A stretch of DNA of 64,000 nt from the human T2T-CHM13v2.0 reference genome, Homo sapiens. The translations under genes were made by a program, and so were the position numbers. Under the pieces are notes generated by a model that made no database searches, was not told the origin of the DNA, and saw only the letters and a list, made by a program, of their open reading frames with translations. Where the stretch lies: NCBI RefSeq assembly GCF_009914755.1, contig NC_060941.1; one strand, given 5' to 3'. The first letter of the stretch is position 1, and each line of letters begins with the position of its first letter. Positions 37,849 through 56,252 of this stretch are shown in pieces.

Positions 37849-38124
37849 CCTAGTACATTCTTTTTAGGATTTTGTACCAGAAAAGAAGTCCTTCCTGATG
37901 AAATGATACCTTTTTACATCAGATAACAAGAGTTACAGCATAACTATCCCCTTGCTGTCCTTTTTGGTTTTGGTAAGTCAGAAAACTTAGAGCTAATGAG
38001 ACTGGTGAATCAATAAAATCTGCCTTTCCATTTAATCATTTACCTCCTTTTTCTCTATGGTTTATTTTTATTTTTACTACTCTAGCTATGAATGTGTCTT
38101 TTATTGTAAATAATTTCATAGCTG

Positions 38125-38515
38125 TCAGGAAGAGATAAAAAGGAATCTTGATTTACTAAGGAGAGACTTATTAAAGGATTATTATTGCCTGGGGGTGGTG
38201 GGGAGGGGACTATTCCAATGGAAGCGGGAGCATTGCAGTGGGAGAGAGCACTGACCAGAAGATCCTCCTGCACCTCCAAAGTTAAGCCGAAAGGGTTGTT
38301 CTTTTCTAGGCAAGAGTAAACAAGGCTTGAAAGAACTGGTGCGGGGAGGTAGGTTGAAAAGGTGGCCTGGTCCTGGGGGCCTGTCTTAATGCAGGCCAAC
38401 CTGTCCTCCGGAGGGCTGTAAGGAGGGATAGTGAGTTGCTCAGGTGAGGGTGGCCAAAGTTCACAGAACTGGGGGAAAGAGAGAAACTAGAGTTTAGTTA
38501 ACAAGCATCGTGTTT
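38125..38515 (-). mobile_element. Degenerate ERV1-class LTR (MER31/MER67-like)
   Basis: gagagacttattaaaggattattattgc...aaactagagtttagttaac resembles this group. Confidence 0.45.
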
Positions 38516-39079
38516 TAGGTAGAGAATGGGAATTTGGAGGGCCTTCCTCACAGGTTCTCGACTGTGTTCTCCTGGGGGACGAGGACCAGCTTCATGGCTT
38601 GCTGTGCCCTGCGCTGGGCCTGACCAAGTTACTTGGTCCCTGTTTGTTCACTGACGTTGACTGAGGGCCTTTCCAGAGTCAGGAGCTGACCTCTCACAGA
38701 GATTCCAAGAACTAGCAGGTCACACTCTCACCTCTCCCCAGGGGTCCCCAGTTCCGGCCATGCCCTGTGTCCTCTCCTTCTCCTCAAAGGGGTCCCCAGG
38801 CCTAACCTGGGGAAGCACTATCCATTCCCTCTCTCACCCCACCCCAGTCCCCCCTGGAACTGGCTTCCTGCCTGCTTCTTCCCCTTTCTCCGGGGTGGGG
38901 CGGGACAAGGTGGAGGGAGAGTGGGAAGGAGAGGAGGAGTCACCCAGCTGCCTCCTAGGACTGATAAGAGACCCAGCGGGAGCTTTGAAGGCTGTTACAG
39001 CCTGGGGGTGGGAGCAGGCCTGACCCCCACCACCCTCACCCCCAGCCCCGCAGGTGGCCACACCCCTCCTGCTGCCCTA

Positions 39080-39252
39080 CCCTCTGTCTCTCAACTTGGC
39101 CCTTTCTGTGCCTCTGTGCTCTCTCTCTTTGTGTGTGTCTCTGTCTGCATGTGTGCCTCCCTCTCCGTCCCTGACTATCCTCCCTTCCTCTCTCTCCTTT
39201 TCCCCTCCCCGCTCTGTCTCTTCTCTCTATCTGCACCCCATCTCTCTCTGTC
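39080..39252 (+). repeat. CT-rich low-complexity tract
   Basis: Directly read. Confidence 0.8.
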
Positions 39253-40825
39253 CTGAAGTCTGCATTCTCAACACAGGGAACCTTCCAGTCTGACCCAGGT
39301 CTCAGCAGGAGCCAGACAAAAGGCCTTGAGGGAAGGGACAGATGGAGTGTCCCCATGCTAATCTCCTTTAACCACCCCCAGCAGACCAACCCTGCCAAGT
39401 AGGTACTGTGGTACCCATTTCGCTGATGAGGAAGTTGAGGCTCAAACAGCAGTTAAGACGTGTGTCCAAGGCCTTGGGGCCACAGTGTGCAGGGCCAGGA
39501 TTTTTAGCTGCATCTGATCCAGTTGCCTCAGATTGCGGGCTGAGTCCACCTTTCCTGAGGCTCCTCAGGTGTCCCAGGCCTCTCCTCACTCCCTCCACCC
39601 CATCCCTGGAGGCAGGACCAGAGGACTCCTTTGAGGAGCTGCATAGCTTGGGAGCTGCGCATCAGGAGCATCTGCAGTGCTGCAGGACCATCTTTTACCC
39701 AGAGGCATGAAGCAAAGTATCATGGGAGCCCCGCAGGGCATTGCGGGGAGGCAAGATTCTCCCAGCCCCTTCCTGCTGCTTTTGGAGGCCTGAAGATGGC
39801 TCTGACCTGGATATAGGGGGTCCTAAAATGGAAGCCCTTTGGTTGAAGAGGCAGGTGGCACTGAGCCTGCCAGCTGGGGCTGTGCCAGGGGTGTTTGGAG
39901 GTGCCTCTCAGAATGGGCCTTCTCTGCACGGGAGCCTGGGAGATGCATCAAGGAAAGATGTACCAGCTTCCTGGCTGTGGGGCTTCTGGGGGTCTTCAAA
40001 ATGCTCATGTGCACCTCTGGGCCTCCCAGCACAGAGGTGGAGGCAGTTTGCCAATGTTCTTTCCTCTTGGAACCCTTCATGCACCAGCATCTTTGTCACA
40101 TTAGTGAAGAATGGACTGGCCTTGTGGGTCACCCAGGGTGTGAAACACGTTTGGGGCGAAGCTGCCACTTCCTCCCCAGGAGAAAACAGAATGTGGCCCT
40201 TGATAGCAGTGTGGGGTTTAGCTGGCAGCTGTTAGCCCAGGAGCTGAAGACCTGTGGCTACATGCACAGTCATGTGTGTGAATCTGGTCCCTCTATTAGC
40301 CAGGGTCACTGCTACCTAACTCCAAGGGGCACTATTATCACTGTAGTCTATGGAAATTGTGCAGTACCCAACCTGTGCAGCTGAACATGGTAGTCCTGAT
40401 CTCAACTCTCACTCATCATGTCTGACAGTTGCAATGGCCTCTCTGCTGACTTTCTGCCTCTAGTCTGTTCCCTCTAGTATTGCCTACACCCCCTGCCCCG
40501 TGTCAATTCCCCAGTCCTACCCACCTCCAAGTCCCTTCTCCCCTCAGCCACCTGTCAGAGAGATCTACGAGTACTCTCAGCTGTTCAGGGATCCTGGGAG
40601 TAGACTCCTTCCTCTGAGATGGATGAGCCATGTGGTCTTGGGCAAAGCACTTAACCTCTCTGAGTAACCCCACACTGGTATCACTTATTCTCATTTATAA
40701 AATGGGGGTAAAATGCCCATCAGGTTGTAGTTTTCTTGATCACTAGATTCTTAACTCCAGGAGGCCAGATACTCTCATTCCTCTCTGTACCCACATCTGA
40801 CACATCCTCAGTTCCGGTGAGCGTT

Positions 40826-40848
40826 TTATTATTATTATTATTATTATT
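40826..40848. repeat. (TTA)n microsatellite
   Basis: Directly read. Confidence 0.9.
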
Positions 40849-42087
40849 TAACATGAATGGTACCATAAAGCATTTGTTGAATAAATGAGCGCATGTCACT
40901 TTGACCAAAACCTTTCTGCAGCTTCCACTCCCACGCCTGATGGGTTAACTCAGGACTTCCCAGGCACTGCTGCCCTTTCTACTCCTGGGCTTTTGCCCAT
41001 GCTGTTCCCTCTCCTAGAATTCCCTGTTTCTTGCAGCACTGTCATCTTTGACACAGCTCGGCTGCCACCCAGAAGCTTTTCCAGCCCCTCCCCCCACCCA
41101 AAGCAGCCTCTTTATCCCCCACCAGTCCCTCCCCACGGCCCCAGATACCTCTGCCTGACAGTGGGTTGTGCCCCAGAGGGGCTCCTCTGTTGTTCTGGAC
41201 ACAGGGGTGGCTGGGACTTTACCCTCCTGGGGTCCCAGGGCTTGTGTGGAGCCTGGGACTGGCTCAGGACAGAAGTACACAGAGTGCTCTGGAAATTGGT
41301 GGTGGCCACAGTGCTCCTGCCTGCCTTGCGGTCACTCCCGGCCCTCTCAGGTGCCTCTTGAGGAAAAAGCCCTGCTGCCTTCCCAGACACAAGCCCACCA
41401 TGGGCTGGGACAGACCAGACTGCTAAAAAGCCTGGCTGGAATGGGATGGGGTGGGCACTTCATGGTCAGGCTTTGGGGTCCATTGAAAAATGTGTCTTTG
41501 GGTCTGGTGGAGGAGCAAGCACGTTGGAGACTCATGCCTGATGCTTTGGCTTACTAGGCTGTTGTTTAAAAAATAAAGTGCTTTTCAAATGCTTAACTCA
41601 GAACCTGACCCAAAGTAAGCAGTGGATCAGTGTCTGCCGTCCCTGGGAGCAGGTGGTGTAGACTCACCTTAGAGCATGGACGTCAAGAGTCAGAAGGACC
41701 TGGGTCCGAATCACAGCTTGGCCCTTCCCCGTGAGACTTTGGACAGGTTGTGTCATCTCTGAACGTTGTTTTCTTTGCCTGTTAAATGGGCATGACCCTA
41801 ATGTACTCCTCAGTCTTGTTGAGAGGATACAGGAGATAAATTAGAAGCCGCTGGCATCAGTTAGGATGTGTGTTAGAGCCTGACAGCAAGACAGAGTGCT
41901 AGAAATGTTGGTGGCTATAAATATTACTACTTGCTTCTATTTTCTGGCAAAGAACCATTAATTTCTTGGACCTCTTCATTTTCTCTCTCCCTCCAAGACT
42001 AGTGGTAGCAGGTGGCTTTCTCTCTGGGACCATTTTTTCACAGACACAAAGTTGAGTGGGTGTATATATAGAGACATATATATATTT

Positions 42088-42238
42088 CTTCAAGACAGGG
42101 TCTCACTCTGTCACCCAGGCTGGAGTGCAGTGGTGTGATCCTAGCTCATTGCATCCTCCAAATCCTAGGCTCAAGTGATCCTCCCACCTTGGCTTCCTGA
42201 GTAGCTAGGACTGCAGGTGTGCACCACCACGCCCGGCC
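42088..42238 (-). mobile_element. Alu monomer (FRAM/FLAM-like)
   Basis: Single arm. Confidence 0.8.
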
Positions 42239-42929
42239 ATGTGTGTATTTTTAATCGCTTCACAGGAGTTACCACACACAGCTAGTTTACAGCATTGTGC
42301 TGTAAATGCTGGCTGGGTCATGTGTCGAGCCCCCTACCACCCACAGCCTCCCCTGTCCACCAACTCTCACCATCCACAGACCTCCAGAGCCCCCACATAC
42401 ACCACCATGATGCCCCCCAAATCCACAGACCCCTACTCATAGCCCCTGCCGCCAACAACCCCCCTGACTCCCACCCTTAGCTTCCTCACCACCCTTATAG
42501 CCCCACCTGTCTGATAAAATACCTTGAGGCCATTTGCAGCAGAGGTGCAGGTGTGCAGATGAGGCAGAAAAGCCCCTCCACACGCACAAGCCTGGGCCTG
42601 GCCTTGGACTCAGACATCATCTACGTCCACATCTCCATCCACCCTACAAAGCCCTCACCAGTTCCTGAGGTGCACAGCTAAGAACCATCACCACGATACC
42701 AGGCACTTACTGAGCACTTAGCTTGGCACTGAGCACTGATGTAAGCCCTGGATGCTCAAATAAAAATGCATGGGTTACCTTGATGCAGGACTTCTCAGAG
42801 CTTTAATATCCCAGCGCCCCTCTGGATGCCAAAGAGGGAGATGAGAGTATGCAGCATTTGCAGACTTGGCCAGGGCAACCTTTCTTCAGCTCTGGAGCAT
42901 ACTTAGGAACATTCTGTGTCCTTGACATT

Positions 42930-43765
<836 letters not shown>

Positions 43766-43935
43766 GGGTCTGGAGTATCCGCTTGGAAATTTGCAGGGAA
43801 GCATTTAAAGTCTTGGAACAGCCCCAGCGAGGCACAGGGAGAACAAGGGACTTTCCCGAGGTCTCATAGCTGGCTGGTTGCAAAGCCTCCACCAGCACTC
43901 AGTTTCCTAGCACCAGCCTCGGTCCGGACTCTTAG

Positions 43936-44277
<342 letters not shown>

Positions 44278-44912
44278 CTCATACCATCTTCTTGAAAATT
44301 CTCCCTCCTGATCCTGAGCCTCAGCTTCAGTCCTCAAACAAAAGCCTTGATTGGGTTCTGATCATGAGGCCGCCTCTGCACTTACTTTGCTGGCTGCTGG
44401 CTCAGGGCTCCAGCAAACAGTCCCAAAGCCAGTAAAGCTTAAGCCATCAACATGAGGAGGCGTTAACACATTGTAACCACCAGAGCATAGTCCCATTATG
44501 TAAGGAGTCCTGCTGCAAGGCCGCTCAGCTTAATGGAGAACACGAGACTCCAGGCAGGCCTGGGTTTGAGCCCCAGCCCTGGCACTTGGCAGCTGTGCTG
44601 CCATCATGACCCCTTTAGCCTCTCTGAGCCTCATCTTCCCTACCTGTAAACTGGGCACAATGGTAATCCCCTGCTACAGGTGGTGTGCAGATCATATAAG
44701 ATAAAGAAGACGATGAGTCCCGCAGTGCCCTGGCGTGTGGTGGGCACTAGATCAGAGTTAGTTGGGGTCGTTGAGGGCTCTCAATTTTGGCACCAACACA
44801 GGAGGCCTGGGGTTCTCAGCTGGCCCCAGCATCTCAAGTTTCCACATAGCAAGAGCACCCAGAACCTCCCTCCACCAGGCCAGAGGCAGCCAGCATGTGC
44901 CTTTCTCTTCTC

Positions 44913-45142
44913 CTCAGCTCACTGCAACCTCCGTCTCCCAGGCTCAAGCGAATCTCCTGCCTCAGCCTCCCGAGTAGCTGGGATTACAGGCACCTGCCAC
45001 CACACCTGGCTAATTTTTTGTATTTTTAGTAGAGACGGGGTTTCACCATGTTGGCCAGGCTGGTCTCGACCTCCTGACCTCAGGTGATCGCTCGCCTAGG
45101 CCTCCCAAAGTGTTGGGATTACAGGTGTGAGCCACTGCGCCT

Positions 45143-45183
<41 letters not shown>

Positions 45184-45464
45184 AGACAGAGTCTTTCTCT
45201 GTTGTCCAGGCTGGAGTGCAGTGACCCGATCTCAGCTCATTGCAACCTCAGCCTCCTGGTTCAAGCTATTCTCATGCCTCTGCCTAATGAGTAGCTGGGA
45301 CTACAGGTGCATGCCACCACACTCAGCTAATTTTTTGTATTTTTAGTAGAGGCAGGGTTTTGCCATGTTGGCCAGGCTGGTCTTGAACTCCCAACCTCAG
45401 GTCATCCGCCCACCCCATTCTCCCAAAGTGCTAGGATTATAGGCGTGAGCCGCCGGGCCCAGCC
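44913..45464 (-). mobile_element. Two tandem Alus; the first lacks its 3' end and tail
   Basis: Alu consensus; long poly-T between them. Confidence 0.88.
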
Positions 45465-45796
45465 TCTTCTCCCCATTTGTTTCTCCTGTGCCAGACCCGC
45501 AGGTTCAAGGATCATACTTGCCTGTGTTTGAACATGGCTATGAGGAGACCTGTGCTGTCAGTGTGGGGGACCCCCCCAGCTTTCTCAGGCTGATCAAGCA
45601 GAAGTTGGCCATGCCGGCCAACAGTTGGTGGCATTCTTCCCATCTCGTGGGCCCACTCATGACAGAGCAGCTGTTACTGTCATGGTTATTTTATTTTTAT
45701 TCCTCCCTCTGGGAGCCCAGAATCAAAGGGAAACATCAGCACTGCTGCCTCATTACAGAGAGCAGAGAAAATGGGGATGGGGATTGGACATTATCT

Positions 45797-46392
<596 letters not shown>

Positions 46393-46900
46393 TGTGAGCT
46401 ACAGTGCCTGGCCTGGATATTCTCATCCAGGGCCTACGGGCAGTCAGTGGAGACTATCTGGGGTGACATATTCATCTTACAGATGGGGAAACAGGTTGCA
46501 CAGAGCCTGGAACTTCCCAAGGCTATGTTGAGGCCAGACTAGAACCTGGTTCTCCAGGCTCCAGGTCTGAGGTCTTTCCCCTGTAGTCAGGAAGGAATCT
46601 AGGTTAGGACTCCAAAGTCCTCCTCAACCAGTGTGTCCATGTTAAATGCAGATTCCTAGGCCCCATTGACTAGCCCAGGATGTGGGTGGACCTGGGAATC
46701 TGCATCCTTAGCACGCTCCCCTAACCAAAGTTCTAGAATGACTGCTGTGACCTCTTTCCATTGGCCCCAGAGCTCCAGGCCTATGCTCCGGGACTCTGTG
46801 CTTCAATCCCACATTAAAACTCACCATTCAAGAACTGCAGCCCCTCAATACGGATGGCACCCTGTTAAAAAAAAAAAAAAAAAAAAGAACCCCAGCCCCT

Positions 46901-47194
46901 GCTGGGCGCAGTGGTGCTCCTGTAGTCCCAGCTAATGGGGAGGCAGGAGGATCGCTAGAGCCCAGGAGCTCTGGGCTGTGATGCTCTATGTTGATCGGGT
47001 ATCTACACTGAGTTTGGCATCAATATGGTGACCTCCTGGGAGCAGGGGACCACAGTGTTGCCTGAGGAGGGGTGAACAAGCCCAGGTCAAAAACAGAGCA
47101 GGTCAAAACTCCCGTGTTGATCAGTGGTGGGATCGCGCCTACCAGTGGCCACTGCACTCTAGCCTGGGTAACATCATAGCAAGACCCTGTCTTT
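46901..47194 (+). pseudogene. 7SL (SRP RNA) retropseudogene, full length with S domain
   Basis: Alu-domain ends plus S-domain sequence (ggcatcaatatggtgacctcctgggagcagggg...gagcaggtcaaaactcccgtg...gggatcgcgcct). A-rich tail and TSD aagaa(c/t)cccagcccctg. Helix-8 region mutated (caggtcaaaaacagagcag). Confidence 0.93.
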
Positions 47195-47210
47195 AAAAAA
47201 TAAAAAAAAG

Positions 47211-47537
<327 letters not shown>

Positions 47538-47609
47538 CTACTTCATTTACAGCATTGCTTATCTGGTGCACTTGAGGACAGTGGGTCCCAGGGGAAGGAG
47601 GCAGAGACA

Positions 47610-47850
47610 GTGTCATGTTGTGGTTAAGGACATACACCCTGGACCCAGGCAGCCCGGGATTGATTCCTGAATCCGCCACTTCTAGTCCTGTGACCTTAAT
47701 GTGTTTCTTCCCCTGTCGGTGCCTTTGTTTCCTTTCCTGTAGGTGGTGATGCCTTCCTCCTAAGGTGTTATGAGGATTAAATGAATTAGTAAAAAGTACT
47801 TAGGTTAGTGTCTATCGCATAGTTATGTGCTAAGTGTTAGCAGCTGTTAC
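47610..47850 (+). mobile_element. MIR
   Basis: tgtggttaag...tgaatccgccactt...tgaggattaaatgaattagt. Confidence 0.75.
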
Positions 47851-48455
47851 ACCATTTTACAGGCTGAGAATGTTATGCAGAGAGATGCTGAGACTTTGCC
47901 GAGGTTATGCAGACTCTGAGTAGCAAAGTTGGTTGGGGCTTCTACACTCGTCCCACATAGTTCCTGCCTGGGCGTCTACCGCCTTCCAGTGCCAACCGTG
48001 GCTCCGCTGGTAGATTATAGCTTGGCAGAAAAAGACCCTCTGCACTCCCCCATTCACTCATGTACCTTCCTACACACTCTGGGGTTGGGGTAATTTCCCC
48101 AGTCCCAGTAGCCAGGAAGGCAGAGTCTATGGAAACCAGGTGGCCATACAGAGCAAAGTTGAGCTTCCCTTAGCCCTCAGAGTCCCTAATGGGGACCCAG
48201 GGATGCTACCACCTTGAGTCTCAAAAGCTCAAGCTTTATTATGTCAATTCTTATTTATACTCAAAGCTTATTTCCATTTTTCTGGACAAATTTACACTTC
48301 AAATCTCTGCATTTTGGTTTAAAGGAATGTTCTCAAACATTGGCTCTCCTGGCTCTTGGTGTCAACAAGACCACTTCCTTCCCTGTCTGGAGAAGAAAAT
48401 GGAGTTAAGGCCCAGTGTCCTTAAACCATACCTCCTGCATCTAGCTCCTGAGTAT

Positions 48456-48782
48456 TTCTTTCTTTTCTTTTCTTTTCTTTTCTTTTCTTTTTTTGAGATG
48501 GAGTCTTGCTCTGTCGCCCAGGCTGGAGTGCAGTGGCATGATGTCGGTTCACTGCAACCTCCACTTCCCAGGTTCAAGCATTCTCCTGCCTCAGCCTCCT
48601 GAGTAGCTGGGACTACAGGCGCATGCCACCACACCCAGCTAATTTTTGTATTTTTAGTAGAGACTAAAATGGGGGTTTCACCAAGTTGGCCAGGCTGGTC
48701 TCGAATGCCTGACCTCAGGTGATCTGCCCGCCTCTGCCTCCCAAAGTGCTGAGAATACAGGCGTGAGCCACGGTGCCTAGCC
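48456..48782 (-). mobile_element. AluS-like with (CTTTT)n tail
   Basis: Alu consensus match. Confidence 0.9.
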
Positions 48783-49839
48783 ACTTCCTAGTATTTCCAG
48801 AAAAAAACAGAAAGCGGTCTCTTCTTGGTACTCCCCTTCTTCATCCTGCCCTCAGTCTTTCTCTCTGACTTAATTCTCTTCTCTGAGTGGTTCTGATGCT
48901 AAGTTTGGCCCAGGGACATGACAGAAGTCTACATCCCCACTGATCTCAGCCTCAGAATGGGCTTTGTGAGCACATTCTGAAACTCTCCACCTGGGGAGAG
49001 AGTAGTCCCAGCTACTCTCTCTGCTCTGAGGACTGAGGGACTGAGTGAGGCCATTCAAGCCTGTGGAGGGCCCAGGCACACACTGCCCCACTCCTGCCAC
49101 CCACCGCTCTCCATCTCAGTGCCCAAGGGAGGGCAGCTCCATTACCGCTCTTTTCCTCTTCTCCCATCCCTGCTGTGATAGAATCTGCCCCGAGCTTGGG
49201 GCCCATTCTAATTAAGGTAACTGAATGCCCAGGCAGCTGAAACCGGCCTTTTGCAAAATAGCAAGTGGAAGGCCTGCCCTTGAGGCCCAGCCTGCCAGCT
49301 CCTGTTTGCCCTTGCCTGGTGTTCGAGATGACTGGGCCCTGCAGCCCCAGTGAAGGAGGGGCCTGGGAAGGGGAAGGGGACAGAGAGCAGGTTTATTCGG
49401 GGTGAGCTGCGCTGGTCCATTGTAGTTTGCACTCAGTGCTTCCAGGAGCTGGAAAGGCAAACAATAGATTTGGGTCACGAGGGGTTGGGGGAGGAGATGG
49501 TCAGATTTAGCAGGATTCTGATGCCAAGTAGCTGGTGCTTAGGGCTCTGGGCTGTGAACTTGGGACTTTTCTGATCAGAGCCTCTGTCTCCCTTCCTCGC
49601 TTCGTCTCCCTTCCTCGCTTCCTCTGCTCAGACCCCCACACACATGCAAAGCTGGCCTCAGGCAGACACATGCCACCACTGTTCTGGGCTCCTTTCCTTA
49701 GATTTGAGAGGCCTGGGGCAGAGTGGAGAGGGCTTTGGTCCTGCATCCAAATCCTGGCTCTGAATGTCCTTGCGCAGGTTATTTAATCTTTCTGTGCCTC
49801 AGCCTTCTCATATGCGAAATGGGAAGAGCAATGCATTCT

Positions 49840-50328
<489 letters not shown>

Positions 50329-50712
50329 TGTATACATGCCTACCTGATAGGACTGTGAGGGATTAAATGAGCTCATATTTGAGCTCCTAGAACAGTGTCT
50401 GGCACAGAATAAGCCCCTCGTAAGTATTGGCTTTCATTCTTATTGCCCTCAGGGTTCCTGTGAGCATTAGACATTTGCAGATTGCCCAAGTAACATCAAA
50501 CGTGGTGTGGGCAGATGCTGTGCACCTGACACATGCATTCATTAGCTCATCTAATATGTAGCGTTCACGATGGGCCAGGGGCTGTTCTGAGCACTGGGGA
50601 ACCAATGGCCCCTCTTAAAGCTTTCGGTCTGGGAGGGGTAATTGGGCAGTTACTCACACATATAGGCAGGTCCAAATGGAATGAGGACAGGTGCTATGAG
50701 AAAACAAGGCAA

Positions 50713-51014
50713 GGCCAGGCACGGTGGCCCATGCCTACAATCCCAGCACTTTGGGAGGAGGATCACTTGAGCCCAGGAGTTTGAGACTAGCCTGTGCAAC
50801 ATAATGAGATCTTGTCTCCACAAAAATAAATTTTAAAAAAAATGAGCTAGGCATGGTGGTGTGTGCCTGTAGTCCCAGCTACTCAGGAGGCTGAGGCAGG
50901 AGGATCACTTGAGCTGAGGAGGTTGAAGCTGCAGTGAACCATGATCATGCCATGCCATTGTACTCCAGCCTGGGTGACAAAGTGAGACCCTCTCTCAAAA
51001 AAAAAAAAAAAAAA
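50713..51014 (+). mobile_element. AluJ-like
   Basis: Alu consensus match. Confidence 0.88.
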
Positions 51015-52432
51015 GCGAGACTATATCTAGGAGAAAGAAAAGATTTTGATTTGGGGCATAAGGAAAGGCCTCTTTGAGACATTACGAAAGAGTAGGGAAG
51101 AATTCTTATTCTCATTTCTGGTTTGCTTGCAGTTTCTGCATGTCTATCCATAAGGCAATCTGGCATGGTGACATTAATTAAAGCAACTAAACCGTTTGGC
51201 GGTCCAACTAAAATCTAAGCAAATATTGTCTCCTCTGAGCCTCTCAACAACTCTGAGATGAGTAAGCGGAGACCCAGGCAAGAGTGGCTTTACCTGAGCT
51301 GACATAAATACTAAATGAAGGAGCTGGAATTGAAATCTCCACCTGACTGCCTCACAGGTCCTTCCTTCACACCATGTGCCTGACACAGAGCAGGGGTGCC
51401 CCTGCAGACTCATGTGACCTCATGACCTTCTCAGAGGCCACACAGTCTAATCTCCTCCCCTCTCACTGTGGGAACAGAGGAAGCCGAGGGCCTGAGAGTC
51501 GCTGCTTCTGAGACCCATCCCACGTCCTCTGCCTGCCACTATCAAAGTGGTTGTGACCTCCCTGGGGTAGCAGAGTCCAAGAACAGTCAGTCTCCCAGAC
51601 ACAGGAAGCCCTCCTGTGGTCCTCAGGCACCTGCACCATGGGTATGCAGATCTGGCCCTCATTGATGCAAACACCAGCACTCTCCTGGCTTTCTGCTCTA
51701 CCCCCTGGCACATTTCTTCCTGGAAGGGTGATTGATGCTCTGCTACTTGTGGCCTTGGAGGTGCTCACAGTGAGAGACATGAGATGCCTTAAAACCATGA
51801 AGGTCAGAGTTCAAAAGGCAAGTAGGCAAGCAGGGAGAGCCCAAGTATTGGGCCCACAGAACTACAGTAGGGAAGCAGGCTTATATCTGAGCATCCCCAC
51901 AGGCCTGGCAGAAGCAGGAATGGATGATACATGGCTCTCATGATCCAATGGAGGGAAGCAGGTGCTTAACACATGGGCTGGGTGTGGCACCATGGGGATG
52001 AGTGCTGCCTAAGCACCTAGCATGTGCCACCCACTCTGCTAGGTGCATGAAGCCAGTTACTGAGTGGGCCTCTTAACTGTCCTGTGTGGTAGGTACGTTT
52101 ATCCCTATTTCACAGATGTGAGCACTGAGGCTCAGAGAGGCAAGTGAACATTGTCTCCTCTGTAATGACCGTCCCCTATAAACTCCTGGCAGGAGGGCCT
52201 TGCCAGCTGAGTCATGGCACTCATCATAAAGGCTTCAAGGAGGAGGGGAGTCATTATAGAGGAGACAATGGGCCACATAGTAGATGCAGTTTTCTGTAGA
52301 AGTTTTATTTTAAAAATCAATGTTATTGTTTTTAAATACAGAAACTTTTGATATTTCCATTAGCCCTGGTTAAAAGCTGAAGGAAATGTTTTAAAATCAT
52401 ATGTCATAAAAGTATGTCTGGGAAATGGAAGG

Positions 52433-52727
<295 letters not shown>

Positions 52728-53244
52728 TGGAAATGGGAGTTTTTTAAGTGTCCAGGATTATAATATTTGGTCACATATCAGTGCCGGAGCACTCATAGAA
52801 ATGCACACATACTGAGGTCACAGGAACTAACTGCTTTAGACATGTTACCCCAGCCAAGCCCCCAACAACCTCGTGAGAGAGATACTATTCCTATCCCCAT
52901 TTCACAGATAACAGGCTCAGCTGTCAAGCAGGTCACCCAGCTGGGAAGTGGCGGAGCCCAGCTGCAAAGTCAGGGCTGCTGAAGGGGAGAGAGGTGGCCG
53001 TGTGCCCAGCTGTGAGCAGGCTAGAGGTGCTGGGGGACAGTCTGGGTGTGCACAGAAGCAGCTCCCGAGCTCTCGGTGCTAATGTGAGGATGAAAGGCCC
53101 CCACCCTGCTGCTGCCCAGTGGGAGAGCCTGACGCTCAAGTTGGCGATGAGCCTTGCAGGCTGGGCCTGGATGTGTGTCTGAAACAGGGAGCCTTTTCAG
53201 GTGGGGAGGCGCCCTGGCTGAAGCCCTCAAATGCAGAGTCACGG

Positions 53245-53822
<578 letters not shown>

Positions 53823-53968
53823 TCACCATCCCTGGTCCTCACAACCGGCCCAGGATGAATCCCAGCCGCACACCAGGGATACACCTGCGCACAGGAAGAC
53901 ATGGTCCCTTCTCTCAAAGAATTGCGGTCTGAGGGGAGAAGCAAGACCATGAACACGGAAATAAGTCA

Positions 53969-54907
<939 letters not shown>

Positions 54908-55189
54908 AGCCCCTGCAGCACCTGGAGGAAGACAGCACTGGAATCGGGAAGAGTTAGGTGGTTGCATTTGTCCAGGGAAAAGAAGGTGAGAAGGAGGTGG
55001 TCAGCTCGGCCAGGCTGCCAGGACTGCTGATGTAGGTGGAGGAAAGAGCCATCCAGGGCTATTCCATGGTCCTCACCTGAGCTCCTGCATGGAGGTTGGT
55101 GCGATTTGCTCAGCGGGCATGGAGGGAAACTTGACATTTGGGTGGTAAGCATGTTAATTTGAGCTGCCCACTGGATAGTCAGTTGAAGT

Positions 55190-55520
55190 CGTCTGCACAC
55201 TGTGGTATGCATCCACATCCCCTTGAGGTCCAAGGCCACCTGCCAGAAGTGTTGGCTGCTGCAGACCGTCCCCAGGAGCCAAAGGGGCTGCCTTGCCCAA
55301 GATGACAGACCCATCCTGGGGCAGCCCTCATCTGAAGGCTGGTCCAGGTGGGGACACAATGATTTTGCCCCCTTGCCTCTTTCTGGGCAACTTTGAAGGA
55401 CTATCTTGGCTCCAGATGCCCCGGGGATCAGCTGAGGCTCATTGCAGCTGCAATGCAATCCACTTCTCCCTCTGCCCATCCTGCATCCCTTGTGCCCTCA
55501 CAGGCCAAGCCCTAAGACAT
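55190..55520 (+). mobile_element. LTR16-like ERVL LTR
   Basis: ccttgcccaag...ggggcagcc...ggcaactttgaaggactatc...cagctgaggc...acttctccctctgccc. Confidence 0.65.
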
Positions 55521-55749
55521 TCCCCAGTCAACTTCCTCACAGGCAATTGGATGCATTTAGTTCGGAGCTCCAGGAAGAGGTCTAGGCTGGGTGGCAACAA
55601 TGTGGGGTGGGGACATCAGCACTGGTGGAATTTAAAGTCTCAGGCTAGGTGAGAAGGGAAGAGGATTGAAGCACAGAGCATGCCAACCTTGAGAGCTGAG
55701 GAGGTTGGAGGGGTGGTGCCCTGGAACCAAGCTAAGAAAGGTTTAAAGG

Positions 55750-56252
<503 letters not shown>

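Noticed and set aside
39047-39060. CTCF site cccgcaggtggcca
   Set aside because: Mismatches at two informative positions; too weak without ChIP data.
42330-42505. C-rich degenerate minisatellite
   Set aside because: No consistent period discernible; treated as low complexity.
46901-47194. Functional 7SL RNA gene
   Set aside because: Numerous substitutions including helix 8, plus an A-tail and TSD, indicate a retrocopy.
51960-52046. Overlapping inverted repeats (gcacctagca / tgctaggtgc) suggesting a miRNA hairpin
   Set aside because: Stems are only 9-10 bp and match the quasi-palindromic end of MIR/L2 repeats.
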